In this document: in pieces, positions 8,260-19,153 of the stretch | Position numbering within the stretch: position 1 is the stretch's first letter | Layout of the letters: each line of letters starts with the position of its first letter | NCBI GenBank assembly: GCA_964645775.1 | Contig: CAZYBU010000005.1 | Location: forward strand, 13,339 to 77,338 | Length of the DNA stretch: 64,000 nt | Direction of reading: 5' to 3' | Origin: an uncultured Leptospirales bacterium | GTDB taxonomy: Bacteria > Spirochaetota > UBA4802 > UBA5550 | Program-made: the position numbers and the translations under genes | Notes under the pieces: model-generated | The model's database searches: none | Seen by the model: the letters and a program-made list of their open reading frames with translations, nothing else | Told to the model about the DNA's origin: nothing

Positions 8260-10098
8260 TCAAATCCCGCGTTTCAGCCAAACGATCTGGAAAGGGCCCA
8301 GCCTGAGCTGAAGTTTCCCTTCCAGGGTCTGGCATTCCGCTTCGCTAACCAGATCAGACCATCCCTCGCCGGACAGGTCATGCCTGGCCATTTCGATCCG
8401 TACCTCCCTGCTCTTATCCGTGACATTGACCAGGCAGAGTACCTGTTCATCCCTGTCCAGGCTTGTCCTCAGAAGGGAGAAGATCCAGGGTCCCAGAAGA
8501 ATGATCCTCTGGGGGGCCAGGGGATGGAAAGCCTTCTCCTTACTCCTCAGGTGAATAAGGACCGAAAGGTGGTTGGCGATAATACCGTTGATAGAGTCGA
8601 TCCCTTCCATGGTCTTCATGAATTGTTCCTCATCAAGGACCATACGGTTGATCTGGCGGTAATTCTGTGTCGAGCTGGCCATCTCCCGGTCTCCGTGGGA
8701 ACCGATGAGTCCGTGGAGATAGACACCGGGGACCCCGGATAGCACAAGGGGAATAGACCGGGCCGCAAGGTACCGCTTGATGCTCAGGGAATGGTCGGAG
8801 GACCCGTTCAGAGCGTCGAAGAAGGTTATATTCAGTTCGTAGATACTCATGCTCCCGTCGCTGTTGCTCTTATGGGAGACCAGGCCACCGTGTTGAATCA
8901 CTCGTTCGGCCAGGTAATCTATCTCCTCATTAGTGAGAATGTCCCGGGCCCCCATGACTCCGATGCCGTCATGGCTGTCCAGAAAATTAAAGAAGGTTCC
9001 CGGTCCGTCTCCAGGGACTGCCAGTTCATCCACCCATTTAGAGATGACCGTGGAATCGCCATGGTAGAAGGTATGGAGAACCAGGGGGGGGAGGGCGAAA
9101 TTATAGACCATCTGAGCCTCGTCCCACCCGTTTCCGAAATAGGTAATATTGTCCTGGTGAGGGACATTGGTTTCAGTGATTAGGGCGACCCGGGGAGCCA
9201 CCAGGTCCAGTACTTTCCGGAAAAGCTTGATGATGGTATGGGTCTGGGAGAGATGGGCGCCGGTTGTTCCCAGCTCGTCCCAGAGATAGGTCACCGCGTC
9301 CAGCCGTATGATGTCTGCTCCCTTGCGTACGTAGAAGAGGAGGGTGTCCATGATGCGCAGCAGGACTTCCGGGTTCTGAAATTTAAGGTCGACCTGATCC
9401 GCGCTGAAAGTGGTCCAGATGAGTTTTTTCCCGTGGTAGGTATAAAAAGGCGTAAGGACACTGCTGGTTCTGGGCCGCAGAAGCATGGCCAGGTCTTCCT
9501 CTGGTACTTCATCCAGGCTGTTGAAGGTGGTGAAATAATCGTGGAATTTTTCGTTTCCGTTCAGGTACTCCTGGAACCAGAAGCTATGGGCAGAAATGTG
9601 GTTGAATACGGCGTCGAACATCAGGTCAAAATCCGCTTTTATCTGCTGGATGTCCGCCCAGGTTCCCAGATCCGGGTCCACCTGGCGAAAGTCCAGGATG
9701 GAGAATCCACGGTCCGAAGAATAGGGGAAGAACGGGAGTATATGAATGGTGTTAAAGACGTTACGGAAATAGCGCTGGCAGATGGTGCGCAGGATATCCA
9801 GGGGCTTCCCCGAGTCTCCCCGGATCAGGTCGCCATAGGTTATTAGGATTACGTCCTGCTCCGTGAAGCGGTTGCCCCGGTCTGCGTTCTGATCCTGTTC
9901 AATGCACTGTTCGGTCTTGTGGGCGTAGCAGACAGCCATGATCCGTTCCAGTTCCGGTATAGAGGCTTCCGCGGTATCATCACCGTAAAGCTCCGTGAGA
10001 AATCTCTTCAGGATCACTTTCTCCTTCTCAGGCAGAACGTAGCGTTCCCTCTGCCAGTCCGCCTCAAGGGTGTATTCCCTGTTCTTATCTTTCATCAT
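8260..10098 (-). CDS. GH13 subfamily-18-type sugar phosphorylase (sucrose-phosphorylase family)
   Basis: GH13 conserved regions are readable: FDAVFNHIS, IIRLDAVTYLW, ITETNVPH, FLDSHDGIG. Confidence 0.8.
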   Translation of the reverse strand: MMKDKNREYTLEADWQRERYVLPEKEKVILKRFLTELYGDDTAEASIPELERIMAVCYAHKTEQCIEQDQNADRGNRFTEQDVILITYGDLIRGDSGKPLDILRTICQRYFRNVFNTIHILPFFPYSSDRGFSILDFRQVDPDLGTWADIQQIKADFDLMFDAVFNHISAHSFWFQEYLNGNEKFHDYFTTFNSLDEVPEEDLAMLLRPRTSSVLTPFYTYHGKKLIWTTFSADQVDLKFQNPEVLLRIMDTLLFYVRKGADIIRLDAVTYLWDELGTTGAHLSQTHTIIKLFRKVLDLVAPRVALITETNVPHQDNITYFGNGWDEAQMVYNFALPPLVLHTFYHGDSTVISKWVDELAVPGDGPGTFFNFLDSHDGIGVMGARDILTNEEIDYLAERVIQHGGLVSHKSNSDGSMSIYELNITFFDALNGSSDHSLSIKRYLAARSIPLVLSGVPGVYLHGLIGSHGDREMASSTQNYRQINRMVLDEEQFMKTMEGIDSINGIIANHLSVLIHLRSKEKAFHPLAPQRIILLGPWIFSLLRTSLDRDEQVLCLVNVTDKSREVRIEMARHDLSGEGWSDLVSEAECQTLEGKLQLRLGPFQIVWLKRGI

Positions 10099-10205
10099 TA
10101 TTATGCTGGACGCGGAACCGGTTGATATGATAACAAAACCTTCATCACGTGGAATACTGTCTGTAATGTGGCAGTATTTGCAAATACTTTTCGGGAGTGA
10201 CCGGG

Positions 10206-11027
10206 ATGAAAGATCATGCGTTCAAGACAACCTACGGGCCCTGGGCCCTGATCACCGGCGCCGCCATGGGACTGGGCGCTCAGTTTGCCCGGCAATGCGC
10301 GGCCCGGGGACTCAATCTTCTTCTTATAGACAGGGAAGGTAAGGAACTCAGGGAGCTGGCGGGAAGTATTGAGGACACTACCGGCAGGGAGGTCCAGACC
10401 ATGAAAGTGGATCTTTCCCGGCCGGAATTCTTAAAAGAGATTCGGAAAAAGAGCGATTACCTGGATATAGGGCTGCTCGTGAATAACGCGGGTGAGTCAC
10501 GGGTCTCTCCCTTTTTGGACCTGGAGCCCGATTTTCTGGCAAACCAGGTCCAGGTAAATGTCCGGGCCCCGCTCCTCCTTACCCGGCACTTCGCGCCTCT
10601 GATGAAGGAGAGGGGCAGAGGAGGGATAATCTTTCTCTCCTCAGGGTCGGCCAATGTGGGGACCGGCTACGCGGCCAACTACGCAGGCACCAAGGCCTGG
10701 AACCTGATCGTGGCCGAGTCCCTCTGGTACGAGCTTTCTCCGTATAATGTCGATGTCCTGGGGTATATGCCGGGCGCCACGGAAAGCCCCGGCTGGTACG
10801 CCAACGACCCTTTCGTGGACGCTCCGGTTCAGCCCATGCCGGCGGAACCGGCCGTGGCCGAAGCCCTCGACGCGCTGGGGAAAAAACCGAGTGTCGCCAC
10901 CGGCTGGAAGGACAAGCTGGGAACGGTTTTCATGCGCATGGCGCCCCGCAAAACAGCCATCGAGACCGTGAGTCGGACCATGGAGAAGACCTTTCCCGCG
11001 ACCGGTGTCCGCGAAAAGGGAAACTGA
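10206..11027 (+). CDS. Short-chain dehydrogenase/reductase
   Basis: ALITGAAMGLG cofactor motif, NNAG, and YAGTKAW (YxxxK). ATG 10206 preferred over GTG 10197. Confidence 0.8.
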   Translation: MKDHAFKTTYGPWALITGAAMGLGAQFARQCAARGLNLLLIDREGKELRELAGSIEDTTGREVQTMKVDLSRPEFLKEIRKKSDYLDIGLLVNNAGESRVSPFLDLEPDFLANQVQVNVRAPLLLTRHFAPLMKERGRGGIIFLSSGSANVGTGYAANYAGTKAWNLIVAESLWYELSPYNVDVLGYMPGATESPGWYANDPFVDAPVQPMPAEPAVAEALDALGKKPSVATGWKDKLGTVFMRMAPRKTAIETVSRTMEKTFPATGVREKGN

Positions 11028-11153
11028 AAAATATTCGATCGTTTCCTGTTTTTTTGTATACATCTTGACAGGCCCTCTCTCCCCCGTCACTCTCGCTGCT
11101 CGTTTTAACCGGTCGGCATGGTCGCCCGGTTCGCGCACATTAAGGAGAAAGCC

Positions 11154-12260
11154 ATGAGTGAAGAAAGTTCCCTGGATCGCATCATGACAGGGAAAACCTG
11201 GGAAGAATTCTGCGATACCCTTAAGGAAGCGGGCAAGGTCATTACGAAGGACTCTTCACCGGACGATCCCCTGACCCGGGCCGAGGGATTTCGGTATATT
11301 GCCCGAATCGTCAGGGCCACGACCGAGGCCTTCCTCGAATATAACGATCCCCTGGCGCCTGTTCTCTTTCGGCCCATTCATGAAACGGCCAAGCTGGGGG
11401 CCGATAACCCGGATAATTATTACCAGCACGCCACCATCGACGGACAATACGAGTACCGTATTCATGGAAAACGGAATGATATCAATTACCTCGCCTTCGG
11501 AACCTACGAGGGAAATTACGGGTCTGCCGGTCGTTCGGGAGAGACAGGATATCTGGAGAACTCCCAGATACAGGTAGAGGATGACGGGACCATCGAGATA
11601 CTCTTAAGCCGCGACAAGAAGGAAAAAAACTGGCTCCCCATGAAAGAGAACACTTCCTCCGTGATTGTTCGTCAGACCTTCGCTGATCGAACCTGTGAAA
11701 CCCCGGCAGAGCTTACCATAGAAAGGGTCGGAGGAGACGGCAAACCCTCTCCTGTCACGCCGGAGAAAATTGATGAGGGACTGACCGTGGCCGGCAAGAT
11801 CATGTTCGGGGCTGTCTCCATGTTCTCCTCCTGGGCCGAGGGATTCCGCGATCATGAAAACCGGCTTCCCAGGTTCGACCCGAACGTCTCCCTGGCGGCC
11901 CACGGTGATCCCAACATCTGCTATTATCACAGCTACTGGAGACTGGGACCTGACGAGGCTCTGGTTATCGACGTCCATCCTCCGAAATGCGCTTTCTGGA
12001 ATTTCCAGCTGAACAACTTCTGGATGGAGTCCCTCGACTACCGGTACTACAACATCTGGACCAATATGCACAAGGCCATCCGCCGGGATGACGGTTCTGT
12101 CCGGGTTGTGGTTGCTCACAGGGATCCCGGCGTCCCAAACTGGATCGAAACTGTGGGACATGAAGAGGGTACCATGCTCTGGAGATGGTTCGAAGGGGAG
12201 GATTGCCCTGAACCAGCCGCCCGGGTCGTCCATGTGGACCGGGTTAAGGAGCTTGATTGA
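11154..12260 (+). CDS. Conserved hypothetical protein
   Basis: A long ORF with AAGGAG upstream of ATG 11154, packed tightly with the sulfotransferase gene. It may be DUF1214-like, but I cannot verify that. Confidence 0.55.
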   Translation: MSEESSLDRIMTGKTWEEFCDTLKEAGKVITKDSSPDDPLTRAEGFRYIARIVRATTEAFLEYNDPLAPVLFRPIHETAKLGADNPDNYYQHATIDGQYEYRIHGKRNDINYLAFGTYEGNYGSAGRSGETGYLENSQIQVEDDGTIEILLSRDKKEKNWLPMKENTSSVIVRQTFADRTCETPAELTIERVGGDGKPSPVTPEKIDEGLTVAGKIMFGAVSMFSSWAEGFRDHENRLPRFDPNVSLAAHGDPNICYYHSYWRLGPDEALVIDVHPPKCAFWNFQLNNFWMESLDYRYYNIWTNMHKAIRRDDGSVRVVVAHRDPGVPNWIETVGHEEGTMLWRWFEGEDCPEPAARVVHVDRVKELD

Positions 12261-12270
12261 ACAGACAGAC

Positions 12271-13557
12271 ATGAACGAAACCTCGACAGATTATAAAAAT
12301 CCTTACCGTCCCCTGCCCGTAGCCATGGTGAACCGGATAGGCCGGTTTCTCTCGCTGCTGGGACTGGAAGCCGACCTTTCGGCTGATGGGCTGATGAGGA
12401 CGGCGGTTAAAAGGACCGGGCTGGATAACTTCGGTGACGATCAGATTCCCCTTCGCCTGAAGGTGCTCTCGGATTCTCTGGAGTCGGAGGCCAGGCTTCA
12501 TTATCTGGGCCGCTTCATGTCAAGGGAGACCATACTCGGTATGCTGACCAACCGCCTCCGCATGGAGGAGGACTTCAGGCGCCATCCTGAAATTGAAGAC
12601 ATAGAAATCGAAGACCCGGTCTTTATTGCCGGTCTCCAGCGGACCGGAACCACCATGCTCCAGAGGATGATCGCGGGCGATGAGAATCGTTTCCGTTATC
12701 TGGCTTCCTGGGAGGCCATTAACCCGGCTCCCCTTCCCGGCGGCCCGCCTGACAACGGGAAAGACCCGAGGGTGGCCCAGGCCGAGACAGCGGCAAAGGC
12801 ACTGAAATATCTGGCCCCTGACTTCTTCGCTGTCCATCCCATTCATGCCGAGCTGCCTGAAGAGGATTGCATCCTCATGAACTACGCCCTCCTTTCCGTG
12901 GTTCCGGAGGCGACCCAGAGAGTCCCATCCTTCTCCGCCTGGCTCGACGAGCAGAACCAGGTGGAGGCCTACCGTTTCCACAAAAGGGTGTTAAAGTACC
13001 TTACCTGGCAGAATCCCGGGGGGCGATGGATACTAAAGACACCGGATCATATGCTTCACCTGGACGCTCTCTTCCAGGTTTACCCCCGTGCGAAGGTGAT
13101 CCAGACACACAGGGACCCGGTTAAAACCACGGCATCTTTCTGCAGTATGGTGGCCCATGCTTATGGTATTTTCAGTGACCGGGTTGACCCCCTGGAGATA
13201 GGGGTCCACTGGACCAACAAGGCGGTCACCATGGTGACCCGCACCATGAGGGAGAGGGATAATCGGGAAGATTCCTTTATCGATGTTTATTACCCGGACC
13301 TTCTGGAAGACCAGGTGCGGGAGCTGGAACGAATCTACGATTTCGTGGGCATGGAGATGACTGGTGAGGACCGGGAAAGAATACGGCAATGGAAGGATGA
13401 CAATCCCCGGTACCGGTACGGGAAGCACAGGTATTCACTCTCATCCTTCGGCCTGACGGAGAAGGACGTCGATTCTCTCTTCGCGGAATATATTGAAACC
13501 TGCAATGTGCCGATGGAACGGAAAACCGCCGTAAAGGTCTCCCGTGCATCGGGATAA
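12271..13557 (+). CDS. PAPS-dependent sulfotransferase family protein
   Basis: A 5'-PSB-like loop (LQRTGTTMLQRM) with a later KTPDH...RDP region typical of the cytosolic-type sulfotransferase fold. ATG 12271 follows the upstream stop by 10 nt. Confidence 0.7.
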   Translation: MNETSTDYKNPYRPLPVAMVNRIGRFLSLLGLEADLSADGLMRTAVKRTGLDNFGDDQIPLRLKVLSDSLESEARLHYLGRFMSRETILGMLTNRLRMEEDFRRHPEIEDIEIEDPVFIAGLQRTGTTMLQRMIAGDENRFRYLASWEAINPAPLPGGPPDNGKDPRVAQAETAAKALKYLAPDFFAVHPIHAELPEEDCILMNYALLSVVPEATQRVPSFSAWLDEQNQVEAYRFHKRVLKYLTWQNPGGRWILKTPDHMLHLDALFQVYPRAKVIQTHRDPVKTTASFCSMVAHAYGIFSDRVDPLEIGVHWTNKAVTMVTRTMRERDNREDSFIDVYYPDLLEDQVRELERIYDFVGMEMTGEDRERIRQWKDDNPRYRYGKHRYSLSSFGLTEKDVDSLFAEYIETCNVPMERKTAVKVSRASG

Positions 13558-13581
13558 CAGAGTCATGACGGAAAGGAAATA

Positions 13582-14481
13582 ATGATGAAATATGATTTTG
13601 AACGGGAGATGACAGGAAAACGATGTCTCGTAACAGGCGCCACATCCGGTCACGGAGAGGCCGTGGCCCGGGTCCTTGCCCGAAACGGGGCCGAGCTTAC
13701 GGTGCACGGACGTAATCCTGACAAACTGCAGCGTGTATGCGACGGAATCGAGTCAGAAACGGGCAAGAGACCGGAGACCCTTGTTGTCAATTTCTCCTCA
13801 CTGGCCGACGTCAGGCGGGGGGCGGAGGAGTTCTGTTCCCGGGATCAGGCCCTCGACCTTTTGGTCAACAACGCCGGCATGGTGAATCAGGGTCTCCGGC
13901 TCACGGAGGATGGCTTTGAAGAGGTATTTGCCGTGAACTACCTGGCCATGTACGTCTTCACTCTGCTGGTCCTGGAACCTCTGAAACAGGCGGCTCCCTC
14001 CCGGATTGTGAACGTGGCCTCGGACGCGCACTATATCGCCTCCCTTAACCTTGAAGATCTGGATCAGAAAAATACCTACTCCCTCATGGGGGCTTACGGG
14101 CGGTCCAAACTGGCTATCGTTTACTTTACCCGGGAACTGGCCCGCCGCCTGGAGGGGGCCGGTGTCACTGTAAACGCCGTGGACCCGGGACCCGTGGCTT
14201 CGGGCATCGCCAAGAAGGGAAGTTTCATCGCGGGCCTGGCGGACGTCATCATTCAGCTTACCTTCCCGAAACCGGAGAAGGCGGCGAAGTCCTGCCTCTA
14301 TCTCTGCATGTCGCCCGAGGTTGAGGGAACGAGCGGGGAATATTTCCGCTTCATGAAGTTCAAGGAACCGAAGATCGATTCTGATCCGGAATTCGGCCGG
14401 AAGGTCTGGGAAAAGACTGTTAGCATGACAGGGGTCGATCTCCAGGAGAGTTCCAGAAAGGTCATGATTAACCCGGTATAA
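13582..14481 (+). CDS. Short-chain dehydrogenase/reductase
   Basis: VTGATSGHGEAVA, NNAG, and YGRSKLA (YxxxK). Confidence 0.85.
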   Translation: MMKYDFEREMTGKRCLVTGATSGHGEAVARVLARNGAELTVHGRNPDKLQRVCDGIESETGKRPETLVVNFSSLADVRRGAEEFCSRDQALDLLVNNAGMVNQGLRLTEDGFEEVFAVNYLAMYVFTLLVLEPLKQAAPSRIVNVASDAHYIASLNLEDLDQKNTYSLMGAYGRSKLAIVYFTRELARRLEGAGVTVNAVDPGPVASGIAKKGSFIAGLADVIIQLTFPKPEKAAKSCLYLCMSPEVEGTSGEYFRFMKFKEPKIDSDPEFGRKVWEKTVSMTGVDLQESSRKVMINPV

Positions 14482-14506
14482 AAGACCGGAAAGCGGAGAG
14501 TGGCAT

Positions 14507-15355
14507 TCAGCGAAGAGTTATTCTGTACTTGATCAGCATCTTCTCCGGAAGGTAAGAAGCCTTCGCCTGACGCAGGGACTCCTTGCCAAGGTCCTGTTCG
14601 AAATTGAAATAACGATACTGTTCCGGCATCACCCGGGCGAAGTTGTTGAACATGAACTGGTATATCCCTTTGATCTCACGCCTTCCCTTGGCGAAATGGA
14701 GAGCAAAGACGTCGTCGGTCAGTTCTTCTCCGATAATAAACCCGGCCGCTCTTCCTTCGGCATAGAAGATGCCGCCGCAGAGGTTCAGTTCATCGTAGTG
14801 ATCCATCGCGTCTCTACAGGGGCAGTAATCGGTCTCCTCGGGTTTCATTCCCATATCTCTCTGCCAGTCTTCCAGAATCGAGCGGGCCTCGTCCAGGTGT
14901 CCTTTCTCAAGATGAAAGGATTTCCATTCATACTTTTCGAAGAACTGCTTGAGGAGGTTTCGCTTTTTATGAAGCCTCCTCCCCCGGTAGGTCTCCAGTT
15001 TCTCAATTTCATGGATGTAATCACTGTCACCATCCTTGAAGGAACGGCTGAACCTGTTTTCCGGAAAGGCGGGAAGCCATTCTTCTGGAACAGGATAGAT
15101 CATCCCGAATTCTTCGGCAAGGGCGGCAAGGAAATTCATATCAAGTTTCTCCGGGTTTTTCGTGAGCATAACGAACTCCGTGTCATCATAGGTATGGCCT
15201 GTAATGAAAGTGTGCCCATCCCGTTCGAAAATATGATAGGAATGCTCATGCCTGAAGAGAAAAATATTGGAAAAAGAATATTCTGACACAGCTGTTTCGA
15301 TGTTTCGGAGAACCGGCTCCAAAAGCTCTCTGTGTCGAAGTTCAATCTCTTGCAT
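14507..15355 (-). CDS. DUF2156-like (lysyl-PG-synthase C-terminal-like acyltransferase fold) protein
   Basis: The 282-aa ORF's N-terminus (EYSFSNIFLFRHEHSY) and overall length resemble that family. Assignment is from memory only. Confidence 0.5.
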   Translation of the reverse strand: MQEIELRHRELLEPVLRNIETAVSEYSFSNIFLFRHEHSYHIFERDGHTFITGHTYDDTEFVMLTKNPEKLDMNFLAALAEEFGMIYPVPEEWLPAFPENRFSRSFKDGDSDYIHEIEKLETYRGRRLHKKRNLLKQFFEKYEWKSFHLEKGHLDEARSILEDWQRDMGMKPEETDYCPCRDAMDHYDELNLCGGIFYAEGRAAGFIIGEELTDDVFALHFAKGRREIKGIYQFMFNNFARVMPEQYRYFNFEQDLGKESLRQAKASYLPEKMLIKYRITLR

Positions 15356-15359
15356 TATT

Positions 15360-16727
15360 TCAGGTAACCCATTTCCTTGAAAAATATCGGCGGGAGATCA
15401 GCAGGGCATGGACCGCCATGGAAAGATTCATGCTCCACCAGATAAACGTGACGTCAAGCGTTAGAATCACCCCGAAAAGAAAACAGAGGGGTATGCGTAT
15501 GCCCCAGATTGCTATCAACACGCTGGCCAGCACGGGCCGGGTGTCTCCCGCACCGTTGAGACCTCCTGAGAGGATGGCGGCCCAGGCCATGAAGGGCTCG
15601 CTTATCATGCTGATATAGAGATACTCCACGCTCCGTTCAATGACCTTTCCGTTATCGGAAAGGAGAGACGCCAGGAAGGGTGCGGCCAGGACAACGACAA
15701 GTGCCAGGAGGGATATAAGGAGAACGCCCATGATGGCGGTGGTTGCTCCGGCCGCGGGAGCGTCATCCTTCCTTGTTCCACCGAGAAGGGTCCCGGTAAT
15801 AACCGCGTTTCCCATGCTGATGGCGAAGGCGGGCATGAAGATGGCCGATTCTATGCGGAGACCGTTTGTGAAGGCCGCCATGACAGCCACCGCCTCCCCG
15901 GGAATAGACGCAAGGATCAGAAAGATGACCATGGAACCGCCATGCCAGGATAATTGAAGAAGACCGGATGGCCAGCCGATGCGGAAAACCCGGAAAAGGA
16001 CCTCCTTCTCCATCGGGTGTCCCTTTTCAAGAAAGTCCCGAGCGAGAAGCAGGGAGGCAACCGAGAAGGTCACAACGCTTATGACCGTCGAAAGGGCGAT
16101 GCCGGGATATCCCAGGGGTGTGTGGAGAACAAACCCGAAGGTCAGGCCGATATTCAGGATGGCTCCCGCTGCCATAACCATCATGGAAGTCTTCATCCGG
16201 GAGGTTGATCGAAAGAGGGCGTGCAGAAAAATGAAGAGATAATTGCCGGGCAGGCCCAGGGAATAAATCCCAAGCAGTTTTCGTCCCGGCTCCTTAAGTT
16301 CCGCGGGAATCCCGGCAAGATCAATGATCAGGGGTGTAAAAAAGAATCCGGTCGCGCCCAGAACCACACCGGCCAGGAGGAAACCCTTGAGTAGAGTGGT
16401 TGAGACCGCCCTGAGGCGTTCAATGTCATCGGCCCCGAAGAGGCGGGTCGCCATTGCCACGGTCCCCACGGTCATGGCGTTTCCGAAAAGGATCAGCAGA
16501 AAATAGAGTTGCGTGACAAAGCCGACGGTCGCCTGCATCTCGCTTCCCAGTATTCCGGCCACGTAGACGTCCGTTATGTTCATGGAAAACTGGAGGGCCA
16601 TGATAACGATCATGGGCCAGCTTCTGGACCAGCTTTCAGGACCATGCCTGCGGAGAAGGAGAAGAACCCGCTTCAGGAGAGCGATCGGTTCAGCAAAGGA
16701 ACCTGTCCCGTTGATTTTCATGATCAC
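15360..16727 (-). CDS. MATE-family efflux transporter
   Basis: A 455-aa polytopic membrane protein of about 12 TM segments with a two-fold internal organisation typical of MATE/NorM proteins. Confidence 0.75.
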   Translation of the reverse strand: MIMKINGTGSFAEPIALLKRVLLLLRRHGPESWSRSWPMIVIMALQFSMNITDVYVAGILGSEMQATVGFVTQLYFLLILFGNAMTVGTVAMATRLFGADDIERLRAVSTTLLKGFLLAGVVLGATGFFFTPLIIDLAGIPAELKEPGRKLLGIYSLGLPGNYLFIFLHALFRSTSRMKTSMMVMAAGAILNIGLTFGFVLHTPLGYPGIALSTVISVVTFSVASLLLARDFLEKGHPMEKEVLFRVFRIGWPSGLLQLSWHGGSMVIFLILASIPGEAVAVMAAFTNGLRIESAIFMPAFAISMGNAVITGTLLGGTRKDDAPAAGATTAIMGVLLISLLALVVVLAAPFLASLLSDNGKVIERSVEYLYISMISEPFMAWAAILSGGLNGAGDTRPVLASVLIAIWGIRIPLCFLFGVILTLDVTFIWWSMNLSMAVHALLISRRYFSRKWVT

Positions 16728-16796
16728 AGATTTCTTTCTTGAATCAATGGCGCAAGGAGAATAAGGTCTCGAGCATGGAAGAGTGGAAAATATTAC

Positions 16797-16824
16797 TTGA
16801 CGTCAGAAAAAAAATAGATATATT
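16797..16824 (+). promoter_or_regulatory. Candidate sigma70-type promoter for ectABC-ask
   Basis: TTGACG (16797-16802), 16 nt, TATATT (16819-16824), in a very AT-rich leader. Confidence 0.35.
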
Positions 16825-16879
16825 AAATACAATAAATATTTTTATAACCATGTTTACGAAAAATTTATATTTTTAAATA

Positions 16880-17386
16880 ATGAATTATTCTGAAAATGAG
16901 CCAGAAACCTCTTACAATCTCCGGGAGCCGGTTCCGGAGGATGGTCAGCACCTGTATAACCTTGTGAGCCGGTCCGAACCACTGGACCTGAACTCTCTTT
17001 ACGCCTATATTCTTGTCTGTGATCATTTCCGAAATACGTCGGTTGTCGCGGAGGATGAAGAGGGAGCCGCAGGTTTCATATCAGGGTATTCCATCCCGGG
17101 AAAAGATAATACCCTCTTTATCTGGCAGGTAGCCGTGGACCCGCGCATGCGCCGTAAGGGCCTGGCAGGGATAATGATCCAGAATATTCTGGAACGTAAC
17201 AATCAATTTCGTTATATTGAAACTACTGTTACGCCGTCAAACGACGCCTCAGACAAGCTTTTTCGTTCTGTGGCAGACAAACTTAATACGGAACTGACGG
17301 TACTGGAGTACTACCCGGCTTCATTTTTTAGCGGCTCGGATCATGAGCCAGAGCACCTCTACCGGATCGGCCCCTTTACCGTTTAA
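16880..17386 (+). CDS. ectA: L-2,4-diaminobutyrate acetyltransferase
   Basis: GNAT fold with LFIWQVAVDPRMRRKGLAG, and it is the first gene of an ectABC arrangement. Confidence 0.85.
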   Translation: MNYSENEPETSYNLREPVPEDGQHLYNLVSRSEPLDLNSLYAYILVCDHFRNTSVVAEDEEGAAGFISGYSIPGKDNTLFIWQVAVDPRMRRKGLAGIMIQNILERNNQFRYIETTVTPSNDASDKLFRSVADKLNTELTVLEYYPASFFSGSDHEPEHLYRIGPFTV

Positions 17387-17466
17387 ACGCAGTATCCTCT
17401 TGCAGCGCCTTCCCGGATGTGAAAGTATCAGGGGAGAAATCAATACTATCTTGAAAAGGAGATATC

Positions 17467-18744
17467 ATGAGAATAATTGAGCAGCTTGAATCGCAGGTAA
17501 GGAGTTACGTGCGCTCCTTCCCCACTATTTTTACGAAAGCGGAGGGGTCGTGCCTTTATGATGAGCAGGGCACCCGATTTATCGATTTTTTCGCCGGGGC
17601 CGGGACCCTGAATTACGGGCATAATCATCCCCGGGTAAACGAAGTGTTGATCGATTACCTGAAGAATAACGGCATCGTCCACGGCCTGGATAAAGCCACC
17701 ACGGCAAAGAAGAACTTCCTGGAAAAATTTTATTATACTATCATGGAACCGAGACATATGGATTACAAGATCCAGTTCTCGGGACCCACGGGGACCAACG
17801 CCGTTGAAACGGCCCTTAAACTCGTGAGAATGGTTAAGGGAAGGTCAAACGTGATCTCATTTACGAACGGCTTTCATGGTCTGACCATGGGCTCCATGGC
17901 CGTTACCGGCAATTCCTTTTATCGTGACGAAGCCTTTATCAATCGGCAGAATGTGACCTTTATGCCTTTTGATAATTATTTTGGCCCTGACGTCGATACG
18001 GCGAAGTACATGAGACGTTTTCTTGAAGATGGAAGCAGCGGGGTGGACCTTCCGGCGGCCATTATACTGGAGACAATCCAGGCTGAGGGCGGAGTCAACG
18101 TGGCATCCGAGGAGTGGCTTCGGGAGATTGAAAAGATATGCCGGGATTTTGACATCCTTCTAATCGTCGACGAGATCCAGGTGGGTAACGGTCGAACAGG
18201 GAGATTCTTCAGCTTTGAGAAAGCGGGGATCAATCCCGATGTTATAACCCTTTCCAAGTCCATAGGTGGAGGGTTGCCCCTCTCTTTCGTTATGCTTAAA
18301 CCGGAACTGGACCAGTGGAAACCAGGGGAGCATACCGGCACATTCCGGGGAAACAACCTGGCTTTTGTTGCCTCAGCGGAACTGCTCTCTTACTGGGAGA
18401 ACGATGACCTGACAAAGGCCGTTGATTATAAGGAACAGATATTGAGGGAAGAGCTTGAAAAAATTGTGAAGAAGTATCCTGAACTGAACGCCGGGGTTCG
18501 GGGATACGGAATGATATTCGGGCTCCACATATCGGATACCGGTTTCTGCAGCGACGTCTCCAGTGAGGCCTTTGAACGTGGTCTTATCATCGAGCTTGCC
18601 GGTGCCCGGGATGATGTCCTAAAGTTCTTGCCCCCCCTGATCATTGAAGAGGACCTTTTGAAGGATGGATTGAAGATCATCGATGAATCCATAGGTGCAG
18701 TTCTTGAGAAACGTCAGTCACTCATAAAGGGGGAAGAGGTTTGA
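17467..18744 (+). CDS. ectB: Diaminobutyrate--2-oxoglutarate transaminase
   Basis: Class-III aminotransferase with the N-terminus [12 protein letters not shown] and a PLP-lysine region ([10 protein letters not shown]). AAGGAG RBS. Confidence 0.9.
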   Translation: MRIIEQLESQVRSYVRSFPTIFTKAEGSCLYDEQGTRFIDFFAGAGTLNYGHNHPRVNEVLIDYLKNNGIVHGLDKATTAKKNFLEKFYYTIMEPRHMDYKIQFSGPTGTNAVETALKLVRMVKGRSNVISFTNGFHGLTMGSMAVTGNSFYRDEAFINRQNVTFMPFDNYFGPDVDTAKYMRRFLEDGSSGVDLPAAIILETIQAEGGVNVASEEWLREIEKICRDFDILLIVDEIQVGNGRTGRFFSFEKAGINPDVITLSKSIGGGLPLSFVMLKPELDQWKPGEHTGTFRGNNLAFVASAELLSYWENDDLTKAVDYKEQILREELEKIVKKYPELNAGVRGYGMIFGLHISDTGFCSDVSSEAFERGLIIELAGARDDVLKFLPPLIIEEDLLKDGLKIIDESIGAVLEKRQSLIKGEEV

Positions 18745-19142
18745 TTGTTCGGCATATAGAAGATATCATCGGAAGCGAGCGGGAGGTGGAAGCTCCCAAT
18801 GGAAACTGGGTGAGCCGCCGAATGGTTCTTGCCGATGACCGGATGGGTTTTTCTTTCCATGAAACCGTTATCCGGGCGGAAACCGAGACCCATATCTGGT
18901 ACAGGAACCACCTTGAGGCCGTCTACTGCGTGGAAGGGATTGGTGAGCTTGAAACCGTAAAGGATTCAGCGGTCTATCCCATAGAGCCGGGTGTTATGTA
19001 CGCCCTGGATAAGCATGATGAGCATTATCTTCGCGCATTTGACAATGATATGAGGCTCATCTGCGTATTTAACCCGGCGATAACCGGTAAAGAAGTTCAC
19101 AGGGAGGATGGTTCCTATCCTCCGCCGGAAGAGACGGAATAA
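18741..19142 (+). CDS. ectC: Ectoine synthase
   Basis: [16 protein letters not shown]... cupin protein. Its TTG start overlaps the ectB stop (TTGA). Confidence 0.9.
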   Translation: MIVRHIEDIIGSEREVEAPNGNWVSRRMVLADDRMGFSFHETVIRAETETHIWYRNHLEAVYCVEGIGELETVKDSAVYPIEPGVMYALDKHDEHYLRAFDNDMRLICVFNPAITGKEVHREDGSYPPPEETE

Positions 19143-19153
19143 GAGGAACAGGC

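Noticed and set aside
12088-12270. The N-terminal 61-aa extension of the sulfotransferase ORF, which overlaps the upstream gene by about 170 nt.
   Set aside because: The extension is out of frame with, and wholly inside, the upstream CDS. ATG 12271 sits 10 nt after that gene's stop and gives a sensible N-terminus.
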